Notes under the pieces: generated by a model
Database searches by the model: none
The model's input: only the letters and a program-made list of their open reading frames with translations
Told to the model about the DNA's origin: nothing
Shown: positions 29,394 to 40,916 of the stretch, piece by piece
Layout of the letters: every line of letters begins with the position of its first letter
Position numbering within the stretch: position 1 is the first letter of the stretch
Translations under genes and position numbers: made by a program
NCBI GenBank assembly: GCA_964437495.1
Contig: CAYTGV010000007.1
Location: 17,563 to 81,562 of the forward strand
DNA: 64,000 nt
Source of the DNA: an uncultured Planctomycetia bacterium
GTDB lineage: Bacteria > Omnitrophota > Gorgyraeia > B26-G9
Direction: 5' to 3'

Positions 29394-29432
29394 CTGCGCT
29401 CATCTGTGTTGTTTTCTGCGCTCATCTGTGTT
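29394..29432. repeat. Tandem direct repeat (2 x ~18 bp, CTGCGCTCATCTGTGTT, period 22) in the rpsS-rplV spacer.
   Basis: Units lie at about 29394-29410 and 29416-29432. Each carries an ATGAGCGCAG on the mRNA strand, which generates a spurious in-frame ATG. Confidence 0.6.
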
Positions 29433-29434
29433 TA

Positions 29435-29722
29435 TTATTTCTTTTGTTCCGTCTGCTTTGCCTTTACACCGCTATGCCTACGGAAAAGTCTTGTCGGAGA
29501 AAATTCACCAAGTTTATGCCCTACCATATTTTCAGTCACAAATACAGGCAAAAACGACTTGCCATTGTGCACTGAGAAAGTATACCCGACAAAATCAGGG
29601 GTAATCGTTGAGCGCCTAGACCAAGTCTTTATAGGCTTGCGGTCATGACTCTTAGACATTTTCTCTACTTTTTTCAGTAATTTTGGATCAATGTATGGAC
29701 CCTTTTTTATTGAACGCGCCAT
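29435..29722 (-). CDS. rpsS: Ribosomal protein S19.
   Basis: [19 protein letters not shown]... Confidence 0.95.
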   Translation of the reverse strand: MARSIKKGPYIDPKLLKKVEKMSKSHDRKPIKTWSRRSTITPDFVGYTFSVHNGKSFLPVFVTENMVGHKLGEFSPTRLFRRHSGVKAKQTEQKK

Positions 29723-29748
29723 ATGATTTTACTCTCCTACTAATTTAC

Positions 29749-30594
29749 CTATTTTGAACGACGCTTACTTACGCGACGTTTTACAATAAATTTATTTGAG
29801 GCCTTTTTACCTTTTCTTGTTCTATACCCCTTTGTCGGCTTACCCCATGGGGTAACAGGATGCGGGTTGCCCTGACCAGCCTTACCTTCTCCGCCGCCAT
29901 GAGGATGGTCAACCGGATTTTTGGCTACACCTCTTACATTAGGCTTTCTTCCCAGCCAGCGTGATCTGCCGGCCTTACCCAAAGAAATCTTCTCATGGTC
30001 AGGATTGCCAACCTGCCCAATAACTGCATAACATGCGATCGGCACAAGTCTTATCTCACCCGAAGGCATTTTAACATGCGCAAACTTACCTTCTTTTGCC
30101 ATAAGCTGTGCGGCAGTACCAGCACTTCTTGCTAATATTCCGCCCCGTCCCGGCATAAGTTCAACATTATGAATAAATATACCAAGCGGTAAATTTTTAA
30201 TCGGCAATGCATTGCCGGGTTTTATTTCCACATGCTCCCCGGACATTACCTCATCATTCACCTTAATATCATTAGGCGCAATAATATATCTTTTCTCCCC
30301 ATCTGTATACTGCACAAGCGCGATGCGGCATGAACGATTCGGATCATATTCAATCGACAACACTGTAGCAGCCACATCATACTTATTACGCTTAAAATCA
30401 ATAATACGATAACGCCTTTTATGTCCGCCCCCGCGATTACGGCAGGTTATTCTACCCTGTGAATTTCTCCCCCCGCTTTTTTTCAAAGCAACCGTTAAAG
30501 ACTTTTCCGGCTTACTCTTTGTAATCTCCGCAAAATCAGATCCCGTGCGCCAGCGTAAAGATGGGGTTGTTGGTTTATAACGTTTAATGCCCAC
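29749..30594 (-). CDS. rplB: Ribosomal protein L2.
   Basis: ...[23 protein letters not shown]... Confidence 0.95.
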   Translation of the reverse strand: MGIKRYKPTTPSLRWRTGSDFAEITKSKPEKSLTVALKKSGGRNSQGRITCRNRGGGHKRRYRIIDFKRNKYDVAATVLSIEYDPNRSCRIALVQYTDGEKRYIIAPNDIKVNDEVMSGEHVEIKPGNALPIKNLPLGIFIHNVELMPGRGGILARSAGTAAQLMAKEGKFAHVKMPSGEIRLVPIACYAVIGQVGNPDHEKISLGKAGRSRWLGRKPNVRGVAKNPVDHPHGGGEGKAGQGNPHPVTPWGKPTKGYRTRKGKKASNKFIVKRRVSKRRSK

Positions 30595-30671
30595 TGTTGA
30601 TTCTCCTTAAAGACCCCCAATATTTTCGGGGTAAGTTGATCTCAAGCCATTTAGGGCAAGAGATCTTATTT

Positions 30672-30950
30672 TTAAGCTATATTAATCTTTTCACCCTTTA
30701 GCAGCGTTACAACCGCTTTTTTCCATTCCGGAGTTTTCCCTGTTTTATAACGAACTTTTCGTTTTTTGCCCGGCATGGTAGAGGTATTTATATTTTTTAC
30801 TTTCACGCGATAAATAAATTCAACAGCATCTTTAATCTGAATTTTATTTGCCTTTTTTTCAACACAAAAAATATATTTATTCTGTGTTTCCAGTTCAGTG
30901 CCTTTTTCTGTACGCAATACATATTTAATTACTCTAAATGGATTTTGCAC
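30672..30950 (-). CDS. rplW: Ribosomal protein L23.
   Basis: ...VIKYVLRTEKGTELETQNKYIFCVEKKANKIQIKDAVE... Confidence 0.9.
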   Translation of the reverse strand: MQNPFRVIKYVLRTEKGTELETQNKYIFCVEKKANKIQIKDAVEFIYRVKVKNINTSTMPGKKRKVRYKTGKTPEWKKAVVTLLKGEKINIA

Positions 30951-30956
30951 TGCTAT

Positions 30957-31589
30957 TTATTCTCCCTTTTGCAAACGAGCTGTCAACTCGCCAAGTGCCT
31001 TCTTGGTGATTATAATATTTTTATGTAATAAAACGTCAAGCGCGTTGATCATCTCCGGACGCTTTAATCTAATATCTTTAATGTTTTTTGATGAACGCAT
31101 TAAGCTTGCCTGCGGATTATCACAGACAAAAAGTGTTTTTTTATCCAAGCTAAATACCTGGATTAATTTACAAAAATCCTTTGTTTTTCCTGAATCTACC
31201 TTCAACTCTTCGAGTACCTTAACAAGATTATCATTAAGCCTGGAATTCAAGCTGCAAATCAATGCCTTTTTCTTCATTTTCTTAGGCAGCTGATAAGAAT
31301 AATCGCGTGGATGCGGCCCAAAAACAATACCGCCTTTTTTCCAAAGAGGACTGCGAGATGATCCTATTCGCGCCTTACCGGTTCCCTTTTGACGCCACGG
31401 CTTTGAATTTCCTCCGCTTACATTAGCACGTGTCTTTGTACTGGCTGTACCCTGGCGTTTGTTAGCCATGTACATAACAGTTGTCTGGTGCAGCAATGCC
31501 TTGTTGACCTTACCATCAAAAACCTTTTCATCGAGATCAACCGTTCCGACCTCTTTGCCAGCTAAATTATTTATTGAAAGTGTAAACAT
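30957..31589 (-). CDS. rplD: Ribosomal protein L4.
   Basis: ...KPWRQKGTGKARIGSSRSPLWKKGG... The start is moved to MFTLSINN (31589), directly after the rplC stop. Confidence 0.9.
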   Translation of the reverse strand: MFTLSINNLAGKEVGTVDLDEKVFDGKVNKALLHQTTVMYMANKRQGTASTKTRANVSGGNSKPWRQKGTGKARIGSSRSPLWKKGGIVFGPHPRDYSYQLPKKMKKKALICSLNSRLNDNLVKVLEELKVDSGKTKDFCKLIQVFSLDKKTLFVCDNPQASLMRSSKNIKDIRLKRPEMINALDVLLHKNIIITKKALGELTARLQKGE

Positions 31590-31590
31590 T

Positions 31591-32217
31591 TTACTTCTTC
31601 TTTGCCTTTCTAACTTCCAGATAAGATCCTTTATGTCCAGGAACCGCACCTTTTACCATCAGGACGTTCTTTTCTTTGTCAACCTTAATAATCTCTAAAC
31701 TCTGTACAGTAATCCGACGATGCCCCATATGCCCTGGTAAAGCATGCCCACGCACAACGCGTCCCGGACTAGTAGTCGCTCCTATAGAACCTGGGCCTCT
31801 ATGATTCATACCGCCATGTGTTTTTGGTCCGCCGCTCCAGCCATGACGTTTCATGCCGCCCTGAAAACCCTTACCTATGGACATGCCGCTAATATCGACA
31901 AAATCCCCTTCTTTAAACAGATCCAAATCTATTTGCTGTCCAATTTCAAACTGATCATTATCATCAATCAGGATTTCACGCACAAACTTTTTCGGCGCCA
32001 CATTGGCCTTTTTAAAATGACCCGCCAATGCCTTAGTAGTACGCCTTTCCTTTTTATCCAGATAGCTAAGCTGTACCGCTCTATACCCGTCTTTATCTTT
32101 TTCTTTTACCTGCACTACATAACAAGGACCGGCAATTATAGAGGTCACTGAAATGCACTTACCGTCTTCTTTAAAAACTTGAGTCATTCCTGCTTTTTGT
32201 CCTAATATACCTAACAT
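31591..32217 (-). CDS. rplC: Ribosomal protein L3.
   Basis: MLGILGQKAGMTQVF... Confidence 0.95.
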   Translation of the reverse strand: MLGILGQKAGMTQVFKEDGKCISVTSIIAGPCYVVQVKEKDKDGYRAVQLSYLDKKERRTTKALAGHFKKANVAPKKFVREILIDDNDQFEIGQQIDLDLFKEGDFVDISGMSIGKGFQGGMKRHGWSGGPKTHGGMNHRGPGSIGATTSPGRVVRGHALPGHMGHRRITVQSLEIIKVDKEKNVLMVKGAVPGHKGSYLEVRKAKKK

Positions 32218-32257
32218 CTATTTACCCTTATCCAAGCTCTTATTAATACTCTTTAGC

Positions 32258-32285
32258 TTTTAACTTTTAACTTTTAACTTTTTAC
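32258..32285. repeat. (TTTTAAC)x3 plus TTTTTAC tandem heptamer repeat between rpsJ and rplC. On the mRNA strand it reads (AAAGUUA)n and lies upstream of the rplC RBS.
   Basis: Direct reading of the plus-strand sequence. Similar A-rich AAAGUAAAA repeats precede the rplR start (about 24670-24705) and the NifU-like gene (about 7440-7470), and one lies in the rpsD-rpsK spacer (about 19190-19230, roughly 55 nt upstream of the rpsD start). Confidence 0.5.
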
Positions 32286-32587
32286 TTTATTTCTACATCC
32301 ACTCCAGCAGGAAGATCCAATCTTTTAAGAGCATCAATTGTCTTGGCTGTTGGTTCAATTATCTCTAGCAAACGCTTATGTATTCTCAGCTGAAACTGCT
32401 CACGTGATTTTTTATCAATCACAGGAGAGCGCAGCACTGTATATAGTGACTTCCGAGTTGGAAGAGGCACAGGTCCGGAAATCTTTGCTCCGGTTCGCTT
32501 AGCTGTATTTACAATCTCTTCCGCAGATTGATCCAGCACACGATGATCATAGGCCTTTAATCTTATTCTGATTTTTTGTTGCGCCAT
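32282..32587 (-). CDS. rpsJ: Ribosomal protein S10.
   Basis: [21 protein letters not shown]... Confidence 0.95.
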   Translation of the reverse strand: MAQQKIRIRLKAYDHRVLDQSAEEIVNTAKRTGAKISGPVPLPTRKSLYTVLRSPVIDKKSREQFQLRIHKRLLEIIEPTAKTIDALKRLDLPAGVDVEIK

Positions 32588-32603
32588 CTTCTTCTACCCT
32601 CTT

Positions 32604-33819
32604 CCTATTCAATAATTTCCGATATAACGCCTGCTCCGACCGTACGCCCGCCTTCACGGATAGCAAACCGCAATTCTTTTTCCATGGCGATCGGCACGAT
32701 AAGATCTACATCCATAGCCACATTGTCTCCAGGCATAACCATCTCTACTCCCTGCGGCAATGTTACCACTCCGGTTACATCTGTTGTTCTGAAATAAAAC
32801 TGCGGACGATATCCCTTAAAAAATGGGGTATGTCTTCCGCCTTCTTCCTTACTTAATATATATACCTGAGCCTTAAACTTGGTATGCGGCTTGATCGATC
32901 CCGGCTTTGCTGCAACCTGGCCTCTTTCAATATCTTTCTTATCTATACCGCGCATCAAAAGACCTACATTATCTCCGGCCAGTCCTTCATCAAGCAGCTT
33001 GCGAAACATTTCTACTCCGGTTACTACTGTCTTCTTTGTGTCCTTCATCCCCACTATCTCGATCTCTTCTCCTACCTTAACCTTACCGCGCTCGATTCTT
33101 CCTGTTCCTACTGTACCGCGGCCGGTAATCGAAAATACATCTTCTACTGCCATCAAGAAAGGCTTGTCTATTTCTCTCTTTGGCGCAGGAATGAAATCAT
33201 CTACTGCCTGCATAAGATCCAAAATAGACTTTATATTAGGTCCTTCCATATTCCCTGCCTCTACTTCTTCTAAGGCCTTAACTGCCGATCCTTTAAGTAT
33301 CGGTGTCTTGTCTCCAGGAAACTCATACTTGTTCAATAAATCACGAATCTCAAGCTCTACAAGCTCAATCAGCTCAGGATCATCTACCATATCTGTCTTA
33401 TTCATATATACTACCAGCGCAGGTACGTTTACCTGTCTTGCCAACAGTATATGCTCGCGTGTCTGAGGCATTGGACCATCTGGGGCTGATACTACCAGAA
33501 TCGCTCCGTCCATCTGCGCTGCTCCGGTGATCATGTTCTTAATATAGTCAGCATGTCCAGGACAATCTACATGTGCATAATGACGCGTCTCTGTCTCATA
33601 CTCAGCATGGTGTACATTGATCGTTACTCCTCTTTCTTTTTCTTCCGGAGCATTGTCAATCTCATCATACCTCTTTGCTGTTGCTAATCCCTTTTTGGCT
33701 AGAATATGCGTAATCGCTGCTGTTAATGTTGTCTTACCATGATCAACATGTCCAATTGTTCCTATATTGACATGTGTTTTATTCCTCTCAAATTTCTCTT
33801 TAGCCACTATGCACCTCCT
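32604..33819. repeat. tuf repeat copy A. This 1216-bp segment appears identical to 47926-49141, in direct orientation.
   Basis: Both copies encode the same 400-aa EF-Tu. The opposite-strand 195-, 129- and 75-aa phantom ORFs are also identical in the two copies, which implies nucleotide identity. Identity starts 1 nt after the stop codon and ends just past the RBS (GGAGGTG). Confidence 0.85.
32605..33807 (-). CDS. tuf: Elongation factor Tu (copy in the str operon).
   Basis: [14 protein letters not shown] and NKTD motifs. GTG start with a GGAGGTG RBS. Confidence 0.97.
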   Translation of the reverse strand: MAKEKFERNKTHVNIGTIGHVDHGKTTLTAAITHILAKKGLATAKRYDEIDNAPEEKERGVTINVHHAEYETETRHYAHVDCPGHADYIKNMITGAAQMDGAILVVSAPDGPMPQTREHILLARQVNVPALVVYMNKTDMVDDPELIELVELEIRDLLNKYEFPGDKTPILKGSAVKALEEVEAGNMEGPNIKSILDLMQAVDDFIPAPKREIDKPFLMAVEDVFSITGRGTVGTGRIERGKVKVGEEIEIVGMKDTKKTVVTGVEMFRKLLDEGLAGDNVGLLMRGIDKKDIERGQVAAKPGSIKPHTKFKAQVYILSKEEGGRHTPFFKGYRPQFYFRTTDVTGVVTLPQGVEMVMPGDNVAMDVDLIVPIAMEKELRFAIREGGRTVGAGVISEIIE

Positions 33820-33835
33820 CTAATTAATTTTCAAA

Positions 33836-35911
33836 TCAATATCTATTGCCGATTAATTTTTCCTGTATTTGCCTTGGAACCTCTGAATAATAAGAAGGTT
33901 CTATTGTATACATTCCGCGACCCTGTGTCAAGCTTCTTATTATTGTTGCGTAGCCAAACATCTCTGCCAGCGGCACAACTCCTCTTATAACTTTCGCATT
34001 TGCACGGTCACTCATCGATTCAATTTTACATCTTCGTGAACCTAAATCTCCAATAACATCGCCCAAATATTCTGCTGGAATTATTGCCTCTAAAGACATT
34101 ATCGGCTCCAACAAAACTGACTGTGCCCTTTTCAATCCATCTGTGAATGCCATTGATGCGGCCATCCTAAAAGCCAACTCAGATGAATCAATCGCATGCG
34201 AGGATCCTCCAACCAGCTTAACATTTACATCAATAACAGGATAACCTGCAAGTACTCCAGAGCTTGCCGAGCCAAGAACCGCTTCTTTTACAGCAGGTAT
34301 AAATTCCCGCGGTATAACTCCTTTTGATATTTCACTCGTAAAGCTAACGCCTTGACCTTTTCCAGCATTGGACATTTCAAGCACAACATGGGCATACTGC
34401 CCTTTACCGCCTGTCTGCTGAATAAATTTATTTTCAATCTCAACAGTTCGAGAAATTGTCTCTTTATATGCTACCTGCGGTTTGCCTACATTCGCCTCAA
34501 CCTTAAATTCCCGCAGCAGGCGATCTATTATTATTTCAAGATGCAGCTCTCCCATTCCGGAGATTATAGTTTGCCCTGTATCTTTATCATATTTAACCCT
34601 AAAACTCGGATCCTCGTCCTGCACTCTATTAAGGCTTTCACCTAACTTATCCTGTGCCGCCTGTGTTGCCGGCTCTATAGCTAAAGAGACTACAGGTTCA
34701 GGGAAATGCATGCTTTCTAAAATAATCGGCCTATGGATGTCACAGATCGTCTCTCCGGTTTTTGTGTATTTTAAGCCCACAGCCGCCGCTATATCTCCCG
34801 CATAAACTTCTTCTACTATTTCCTGCTTATTGGCATGCATTTTAAGCAGCTTGCCAATTCTTTCTTTACGTTGTTTATTCGCATTATAAACATGCGTGCC
34901 TGATTTCAAAATCCCGGAATAAACTCTAAAGAATATAAGCTTACCAACATATGTATCTGCCATTACTTTAAACGCTAAAGCGCTAAGCGCTTCTTCATTG
35001 CTTGTTATCCGCTCTTGCCTTTTATCGGTTCCCGGCACAAATCCTTCAACCGAAGGCACATCAAGCGGACTTGGTAAATACTCGCAAATAGCCTCAATCA
35101 GCGGCTGAACTCCTATATTACGAAAACTGGAGCCGCAGAAAACAGGAACATAGCCATATTTCACAACAGCCTGGCGGACCGCCTTTTTAAGCTCATCAAT
35201 TGCCGGCTCCTGATTATGCACAAATTTTTCCATCAGCACAGCATCGTGTTCTGAGGCTATTTCAATCATCTGTTGTCGATAATCATATGCTAATTCATGC
35301 AAATTATCTGGAATTTCTACAATTTTAAAATCCAGGTTTTCACTATTACGCTCAAACATATACGCTTTCATTTCAACAAGATCCACAATCCCGATAAATC
35401 TGTCCTCAGCTCCTATAGGGATCTGCATCGGAATTACCTTGGCTCCTAAGCGTTTACGCATCTGTTCAATCGCTGAGAAAAAATCACAGCCAACTCTATC
35501 CATCTTATTTACATAAGCAATAAGAGGAATATTATAGCGCTGTGCCTGTCTCCATACTGTCTCTGACTGAGGCTCAACTCCACCTACAGCGCATAAAACA
35601 ATCACTGCTCCATCTAAAACTCTCAAAGAACGTTCAACTTCTACTGTAAAATCTACGTGACCAGGAGTATCAATTATATTAATTCGATACTCTTTCCAGA
35701 AGCATGTTGTGCATGCGCTGGTAATTGTTATCCCGCGCTCCTGTTCCTGCACCATCCAGTCCATTGTTGCTGTGCCCTGGTCTACCTCACCCAACTTATA
35801 AACCTTGCCGGTATAAAATAAAATGCGTTCCGTAGTTGTTGTTTTGCCGGCATCGATATGAGCCATGATGCCTATATTTCTAGTCTTTTCTAAAGGGAAT
35901 CCTTTTGCCAT
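33836..35911 (-). CDS. fusA: Elongation factor G.
   Basis: [17 protein letters not shown] and NKMD motifs, with domains II-V. Confidence 0.97.
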   Translation of the reverse strand: MAKGFPLEKTRNIGIMAHIDAGKTTTTERILFYTGKVYKLGEVDQGTATMDWMVQEQERGITITSACTTCFWKEYRINIIDTPGHVDFTVEVERSLRVLDGAVIVLCAVGGVEPQSETVWRQAQRYNIPLIAYVNKMDRVGCDFFSAIEQMRKRLGAKVIPMQIPIGAEDRFIGIVDLVEMKAYMFERNSENLDFKIVEIPDNLHELAYDYRQQMIEIASEHDAVLMEKFVHNQEPAIDELKKAVRQAVVKYGYVPVFCGSSFRNIGVQPLIEAICEYLPSPLDVPSVEGFVPGTDKRQERITSNEEALSALAFKVMADTYVGKLIFFRVYSGILKSGTHVYNANKQRKERIGKLLKMHANKQEIVEEVYAGDIAAAVGLKYTKTGETICDIHRPIILESMHFPEPVVSLAIEPATQAAQDKLGESLNRVQDEDPSFRVKYDKDTGQTIISGMGELHLEIIIDRLLREFKVEANVGKPQVAYKETISRTVEIENKFIQQTGGKGQYAHVVLEMSNAGKGQGVSFTSEISKGVIPREFIPAVKEAVLGSASSGVLAGYPVIDVNVKLVGGSSHAIDSSELAFRMAASMAFTDGLKRAQSVLLEPIMSLEAIIPAEYLGDVIGDLGSRRCKIESMSDRANAKVIRGVVPLAEMFGYATIIRSLTQGRGMYTIEPSYYSEVPRQIQEKLIGNRY

Positions 35912-35997
35912 AGCATGCTTCGTTTATCTTCCCCGCGCTCTATTTTGTGTGTACTGTTTATTTTATATGGTTTAAAACCCTCAAGCTGAAAAATCAA

Positions 35998-36465
35998 TTA
36001 CCAACGGTAATGCGCAAACGCCTTATTGGCTTCAGCCATTTTATGAGTATCTTCTCTTTTCTTTAAAGCGGAACCTTCTCCTTTATAGGCATCAAGTAAT
36101 TCCTGTGCAAGCTTATCCTGCATAGGCCTGCCTTTTCTGGTTCTAGCAAAATTGCGAATCCAACGCAGGGCCACAACAGTGCCTCTATCCTGTCTAATTT
36201 CTATCGGCACCTGATAAGTCGCTCCACCCACACGCCTTGCCTTAACCTCTAAGAGAGGACGCGCATTATCCAATGCCTTTTTAAAAACTTCCAAGGCACT
36301 TTTACTTGTCTTTTGCTCTATAATCTCAAAGGCAGAATAAACTATATTCTCTGCTATTGACTTTTTCCCTTTAGTCATTACCATATTCACAAGTTTGGTA
36401 ACTAAAAGACTGTTATACTTTGGGTCTGGCTGTATTTGACGTTTTACCGCGCGTCTTCGACGCAT
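35998..36465 (-). CDS. rpsG: Ribosomal protein S7.
   Basis: [18 protein letters not shown]... Confidence 0.95.
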   Translation of the reverse strand: MRRRRAVKRQIQPDPKYNSLLVTKLVNMVMTKGKKSIAENIVYSAFEIIEQKTSKSALEVFKKALDNARPLLEVKARRVGGATYQVPIEIRQDRGTVVALRWIRNFARTRKGRPMQDKLAQELLDAYKGEGSALKKREDTHKMAEANKAFAHYRW

Positions 36466-36486
36466 GACTCCTCCTTACAATTTCAA

Positions 36487-36861
36487 TTATTTTTTTGGTT
36501 TCTTTGTTCCGTAACAAGAACGGCTTCTTTTTCTATCCGATACTCCAGCAGTATCAAGTGTTCCCCTTACAATATGATATCTAACTCCCGGCAAATCTTT
36601 TACCCTGCCGCCGCGAACAAGCACAATGGAGTGTTCCTGCAGATTATGTCCTTCCCCGGGGATATAAGCCGAAACTTCCATGCCATTAGTAAGCCTTACC
36701 CTTGCTATTTTACGCAAGGCAGAATTAGGTTTTTTAGGCGTCATTGTCCTTACCTGCAGGCAAACCCCTCTTCTTTGGGGAGATTTCTGCAATGCTGGAG
36801 ACTTATTTCTTGAGCTTGATTTTTTTCTTCCTATTCTAATTAATTGACTAATTGTCGGCAT
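36487..36861 (-). CDS. rpsL: Ribosomal protein S12.
   Basis: [14 protein letters not shown]...[10 protein letters not shown]. Confidence 0.95.
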   Translation of the reverse strand: MPTISQLIRIGRKKSSSRNKSPALQKSPQRRGVCLQVRTMTPKKPNSALRKIARVRLTNGMEVSAYIPGEGHNLQEHSIVLVRGGRVKDLPGVRYHIVRGTLDTAGVSDRKRSRSCYGTKKPKK

Positions 36862-36875
36862 CTTTGTCTTTCTCC

Positions 36876-39800
36876 TTAGAGTACATTTGGAATGTCTTCT
36901 GTTTTCTCTTCTTTTATTTTTTCATCACCTTTTTCATGGACAATATGCATTCTTCGATGCGTATGAAAACCAGTTCCTGCCGGGATCAAATGCCCCATAA
37001 TAACATTTTCTTTCAAGCCCATAAGTAGATCTGTCTTTCCGCTAGCCGCAGCTTCTGTTAAAACGCGAGTAGTTTCCTGAAAACTTGCAGCAGAAATAAA
37101 GCTTTCCGTAGTCAATGACGCTTTTGTAATACCTAAAAGCAGCGGTGTTGCACTTGCCGGCTTACCTTTTTTTTCTATTACTTTCTTGTTTATCTTATCC
37201 AGAATAAATTTATCAATCTGCTGACCTGGTAGTAAATCTGTATCCCCCACATCCTCAACTTTCACTTTCTTGAGCATCTGGCGAACAATAACCTCAATAT
37301 GCTTATCATTGATGCGTACTCCCTGCAAGCGGTAAACTTCCTGAATCTCCGTAACAAGATGCTCCTGCAATTTTTGCACTCCAGATACACTTAATATATC
37401 ATGCGGTACCATCGGTCCATCAGTAAGTACCTGTCCTGCAGTTACCATATCACCTTTATAGATATTAAGATGTTTTCCAGGCGGAATAAGATACTCTTTG
37501 CTCATACCTGATACGCTCTTTATGATTATGCGCCGCTGTCCTTTTTTTGGAGCTCCAAATTCAACAATGCCGTCAATTTCAGTAATGATCGCCGGATCTT
37601 TAGGTCGACGCGCCTCAAATATTTCAGCCACACGAGGCAGACCACCTGTGATATCTTTTGTCTTTGTGATCTTTCTGGGAGTTTTAGCAAGTAGACTTCC
37701 ACCTTCAACCTCCTGCCCATCATGAACAACAATATGCGCACCAGACGGAATTGTATAAAAAGCCAACACCTCATCCTGGTCATTATAAATAATAATCTGT
37801 GGATGATAATCAGCCTTATGATCAATAATAACTCTTTCGGTAAGTCCGGTAGAGGCATCGATTTCTTCACGCATAGTTACGTTTTCCTTGATATCCTCAA
37901 AACGCACCAGACCATTTGATTCGGTTAAAATCTGAGAAGTATATGGATCCCAGGTTACAACAACCTGGTTCTTTTCTGCTTTTTGACCCTCAAGGATGGT
38001 TAAGAATGATCCAATAGGCACATTGTATATTTCAAGCTCTCTTTCCACATCATCATGGATACTTAACTGCCCGTTTCTATTAAGAACAATGGTTTCTCCG
38101 CTCTTATTTGTAACTGTTCTCAGGTTATGATACTTGATGGTCCCTGAATGCTTTGCCTTAAACTGTGACTGCTCAATAATTCTCGATGCAGTTCCACCAA
38201 TATGAAAAGTTCTCATTGTAAGCTGTGTACCAGGTTCACCAATTGACTGTGCCGCAACAATACCAACTGCCTCACCCAACTCTACAATTCGCTGCGTAGC
38301 TAAGTTGCGCCCGTAGCATTTAGCACATACACCCTGGGTAATCTCACAGGTTAAAACACTTCGGATCCGGATTTTTTCAAGGCCAAGCGCTTCTATCTTC
38401 TCTGCCTTTTCTTCTGTTATTTCATCTCCTACAGATACAATTGTTTTATCAGTTACAATATCAACTATATTATCAAGCGCTATGCGCCCAATAATTCTTT
38501 CTTTTAAGCTGACCACTACATCATCGCCCTCTGTTATCGCAGAGATCATGATCCCGTTTAATGTGTGACAATCATCCTGAGTAATGATCACATCCTGCGA
38601 AACATCAATCAAGCGGCGTGTTAAATATCCGGCATCAGCTGTTTTTAATGCCGTATCCGCAAGACCCTTTCTCGCACCGTGAGTAGATATAAAAAACTCA
38701 AGCACTGTCAGCCCTTCACGGAAATTTGCTGTGATCGGGTTTTCAATGATCTCGCCAGATGGTTTAGCCATAAGACCACGCATACCCGCAAGCTGGCGAA
38801 TTTGCAATTTTGAACCACGCGCTCCGGAATCTGCCATCATGAATACCGGATTAAAATGATCAAGACCATGAAAAACCTGATCTGCGATCGTATCTGTAGC
38901 ATGGGTCCAGATATCAATGATCTTATTATAACGTTCACCTTCAGTAATAATTCCGCGTCTATGCTGTTTCTCTACTATGGCCACTTCAGCATGCGACTGT
39001 TCTATGATCTTCTTTTTACCTTCTGGAATGCGCAGATCATGCATAGAAATAGATACTCCGCCAAGAGTTGCATACTCAAACCCAAGCTTCTTAAGATCAT
39101 CAAGAAGGATAACAGTACGGTAATGCCCGAATTTTTTATAGCATTTTGTAATAATTTTACTTAGCTTACCCTTATCCATCGGTTCATTTACAAAACCAAA
39201 TCCAGCCGGTATGATCTGATTGAATATTATACGTCCAATCGTCGTGTCTATAAACTCATTGCCCAGTCTTAATCGACAGCGCTGATGCACTTCTGCTTCC
39301 TGACACTGGTGAGCAGTAAGCGCCTCATCCATATCTCCATAAACATTCAGCTTTTCATCTTTTAATGTTTCCGCCTTAGAGCCAACGATTGTCAAATAAT
39401 AACAACCGAGCACGATGTCTTGGCTGGGCGCAATAATCGGCCTGCCGTCTGATGGTGAAAAAATATTATTTGTCGCCAGCATAAGCAGGCGCGCTTCCAT
39501 CTGAGCTTCATTTGAAAGCGGCACATGAACCGCCATCTGATCCCCGTCAAAATCAGCATTAAACGCTGTGCAAACAAGCGGATGAATACGAATTGCCTTG
39601 CCTTCTACCAAAACCGGCTCAAAAGCCTGGATGCCTAAACGATGCAGTGTTGGAGCACGGTTAAGCATTACTGGATGTTCTCTTATCACTTCTTCTAAAA
39701 TATCCCATACTTCAAGACGCGCGCGTTCAACCATTCTCTTTGCGCTTTTCACAGTATGAACAAGACCTCTTTCCCGTAATTTTTTAATGATGAACGGCTC

Positions 39801-40904
39801 AAACAATTCCAATGCCATGCGTTTTGGCAAACCACACTGATGCAACTTCAATTCCGGACCAATAACAATAACTGATCGCCCAGAATAATCAACACGTTTT
39901 CCTAAAAGATTCTGACGGAAACGCCCCTGTTTTCCTTTAAGCATATCGCTTAATGATTTTAAAGGCCGGTTACCCGGACCAAGTACAGGCCGCCCATGTC
40001 TTCCATTATCAAAAAGCGCGTCAACTGCTTCTTGCAGCATACGTTTTTCATTGCGCACGATAACATCCGGAGCTTTTAATTCCAGTAATTTTTTCAATCT
40101 GTTATTGCGGTTGATAACCCTGCGATAAAGGTCGTTCAAATCACTAGTAGCAAATCTGCCGCCATCCAAAGGAACCAGTGGTCTTAAATCCGGAGGGATA
40201 ACCGGTAAAACCCGCATAATCATCCATTCCGGTTTATTGCCGGACTTCTTAATCGAATCAACAATTTTTAATGTTTTAATCAGCTTCTTAGTCGTTGCTT
40301 CTGCCTTGGTTGTCGCTAATTGCTTACGCAGCTTTTTGCCCAATTTTTCAAGGTCAACTTCAGCCAGCAGTCGGCTTATAGCCTCAGCACCCATCATCGC
40401 TGTAAATTTATTGCCATATCTATTGCGGTATTCTCTATATCTGTCTTCAACAAGCAGCTCTTTTTTATGTAAAGGCGTTTCGCCCGGATCAAGAACTACA
40501 TACTCCTCATAATAAATAACCTTTTCCAGCTCTCTTTGCGTCATATCCAAAAGCGCGCCCAATCGAGACGGCATTGCTTTAAAGAACCATACATGCGAAA
40601 CAGGAGCAGCAAGATCAATATGACCCATTCTTTTGCGGCGGACATTAGAAAGAGTGACCTCTACGCCGCAACGATCGCAAATAATCCCCTTATGCTTTAT
40701 CCGTTTATATTTCCCGCAATTACATTCCCAGTCTTTAGTCGGACCAAAGATCTTTTCGCAGAACAGGCCGTCTTTTTCCGGTTTCAAAGTGCGATAATTA
40801 ATTGTTTCAGGTTTTTTTACCTCACCTTTTGTCCATGACAAAATAACCTCCGGAGAAGCAATACGTATTGATATAGCATTGAATGCATTGGCATCTTGTG
40901 CCAT
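36876..40904 (-). CDS. rpoC: DNA-directed RNA polymerase beta-prime subunit.
   Basis: Zinc finger ([21 protein letters not shown]) and NADFDGD catalytic motif. 1342 aa. Confidence 0.97.
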   Translation of the reverse strand: MAQDANAFNAISIRIASPEVILSWTKGEVKKPETINYRTLKPEKDGLFCEKIFGPTKDWECNCGKYKRIKHKGIICDRCGVEVTLSNVRRKRMGHIDLAAPVSHVWFFKAMPSRLGALLDMTQRELEKVIYYEEYVVLDPGETPLHKKELLVEDRYREYRNRYGNKFTAMMGAEAISRLLAEVDLEKLGKKLRKQLATTKAEATTKKLIKTLKIVDSIKKSGNKPEWMIMRVLPVIPPDLRPLVPLDGGRFATSDLNDLYRRVINRNNRLKKLLELKAPDVIVRNEKRMLQEAVDALFDNGRHGRPVLGPGNRPLKSLSDMLKGKQGRFRQNLLGKRVDYSGRSVIVIGPELKLHQCGLPKRMALELFEPFIIKKLRERGLVHTVKSAKRMVERARLEVWDILEEVIREHPVMLNRAPTLHRLGIQAFEPVLVEGKAIRIHPLVCTAFNADFDGDQMAVHVPLSNEAQMEARLLMLATNNIFSPSDGRPIIAPSQDIVLGCYYLTIVGSKAETLKDEKLNVYGDMDEALTAHQCQEAEVHQRCRLRLGNEFIDTTIGRIIFNQIIPAGFGFVNEPMDKGKLSKIITKCYKKFGHYRTVILLDDLKKLGFEYATLGGVSISMHDLRIPEGKKKIIEQSHAEVAIVEKQHRRGIITEGERYNKIIDIWTHATDTIADQVFHGLDHFNPVFMMADSGARGSKLQIRQLAGMRGLMAKPSGEIIENPITANFREGLTVLEFFISTHGARKGLADTALKTADAGYLTRRLIDVSQDVIITQDDCHTLNGIMISAITEGDDVVVSLKERIIGRIALDNIVDIVTDKTIVSVGDEITEEKAEKIEALGLEKIRIRSVLTCEITQGVCAKCYGRNLATQRIVELGEAVGIVAAQSIGEPGTQLTMRTFHIGGTASRIIEQSQFKAKHSGTIKYHNLRTVTNKSGETIVLNRNGQLSIHDDVERELEIYNVPIGSFLTILEGQKAEKNQVVVTWDPYTSQILTESNGLVRFEDIKENVTMREEIDASTGLTERVIIDHKADYHPQIIIYNDQDEVLAFYTIPSGAHIVVHDGQEVEGGSLLAKTPRKITKTKDITGGLPRVAEIFEARRPKDPAIITEIDGIVEFGAPKKGQRRIIIKSVSGMSKEYLIPPGKHLNIYKGDMVTAGQVLTDGPMVPHDILSVSGVQKLQEHLVTEIQEVYRLQGVRINDKHIEVIVRQMLKKVKVEDVGDTDLLPGQQIDKFILDKINKKVIEKKGKPASATPLLLGITKASLTTESFISAASFQETTRVLTEAAASGKTDLLMGLKENVIMGHLIPAGTGFHTHRRMHIVHEKGDEKIKEEKTEDIPNVL

Positions 40905-40916
40905 AATTATCCCTTT

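Noticed and set aside
32879-33466. 195-aa and 129-aa plus-strand ORFs antisense to tuf, present identically in both copies
   Set aside because: They are antisense to EF-Tu and Ser/Ile-rich and low-complexity. Their only value is as evidence that the two tuf copies are nucleotide-identical.
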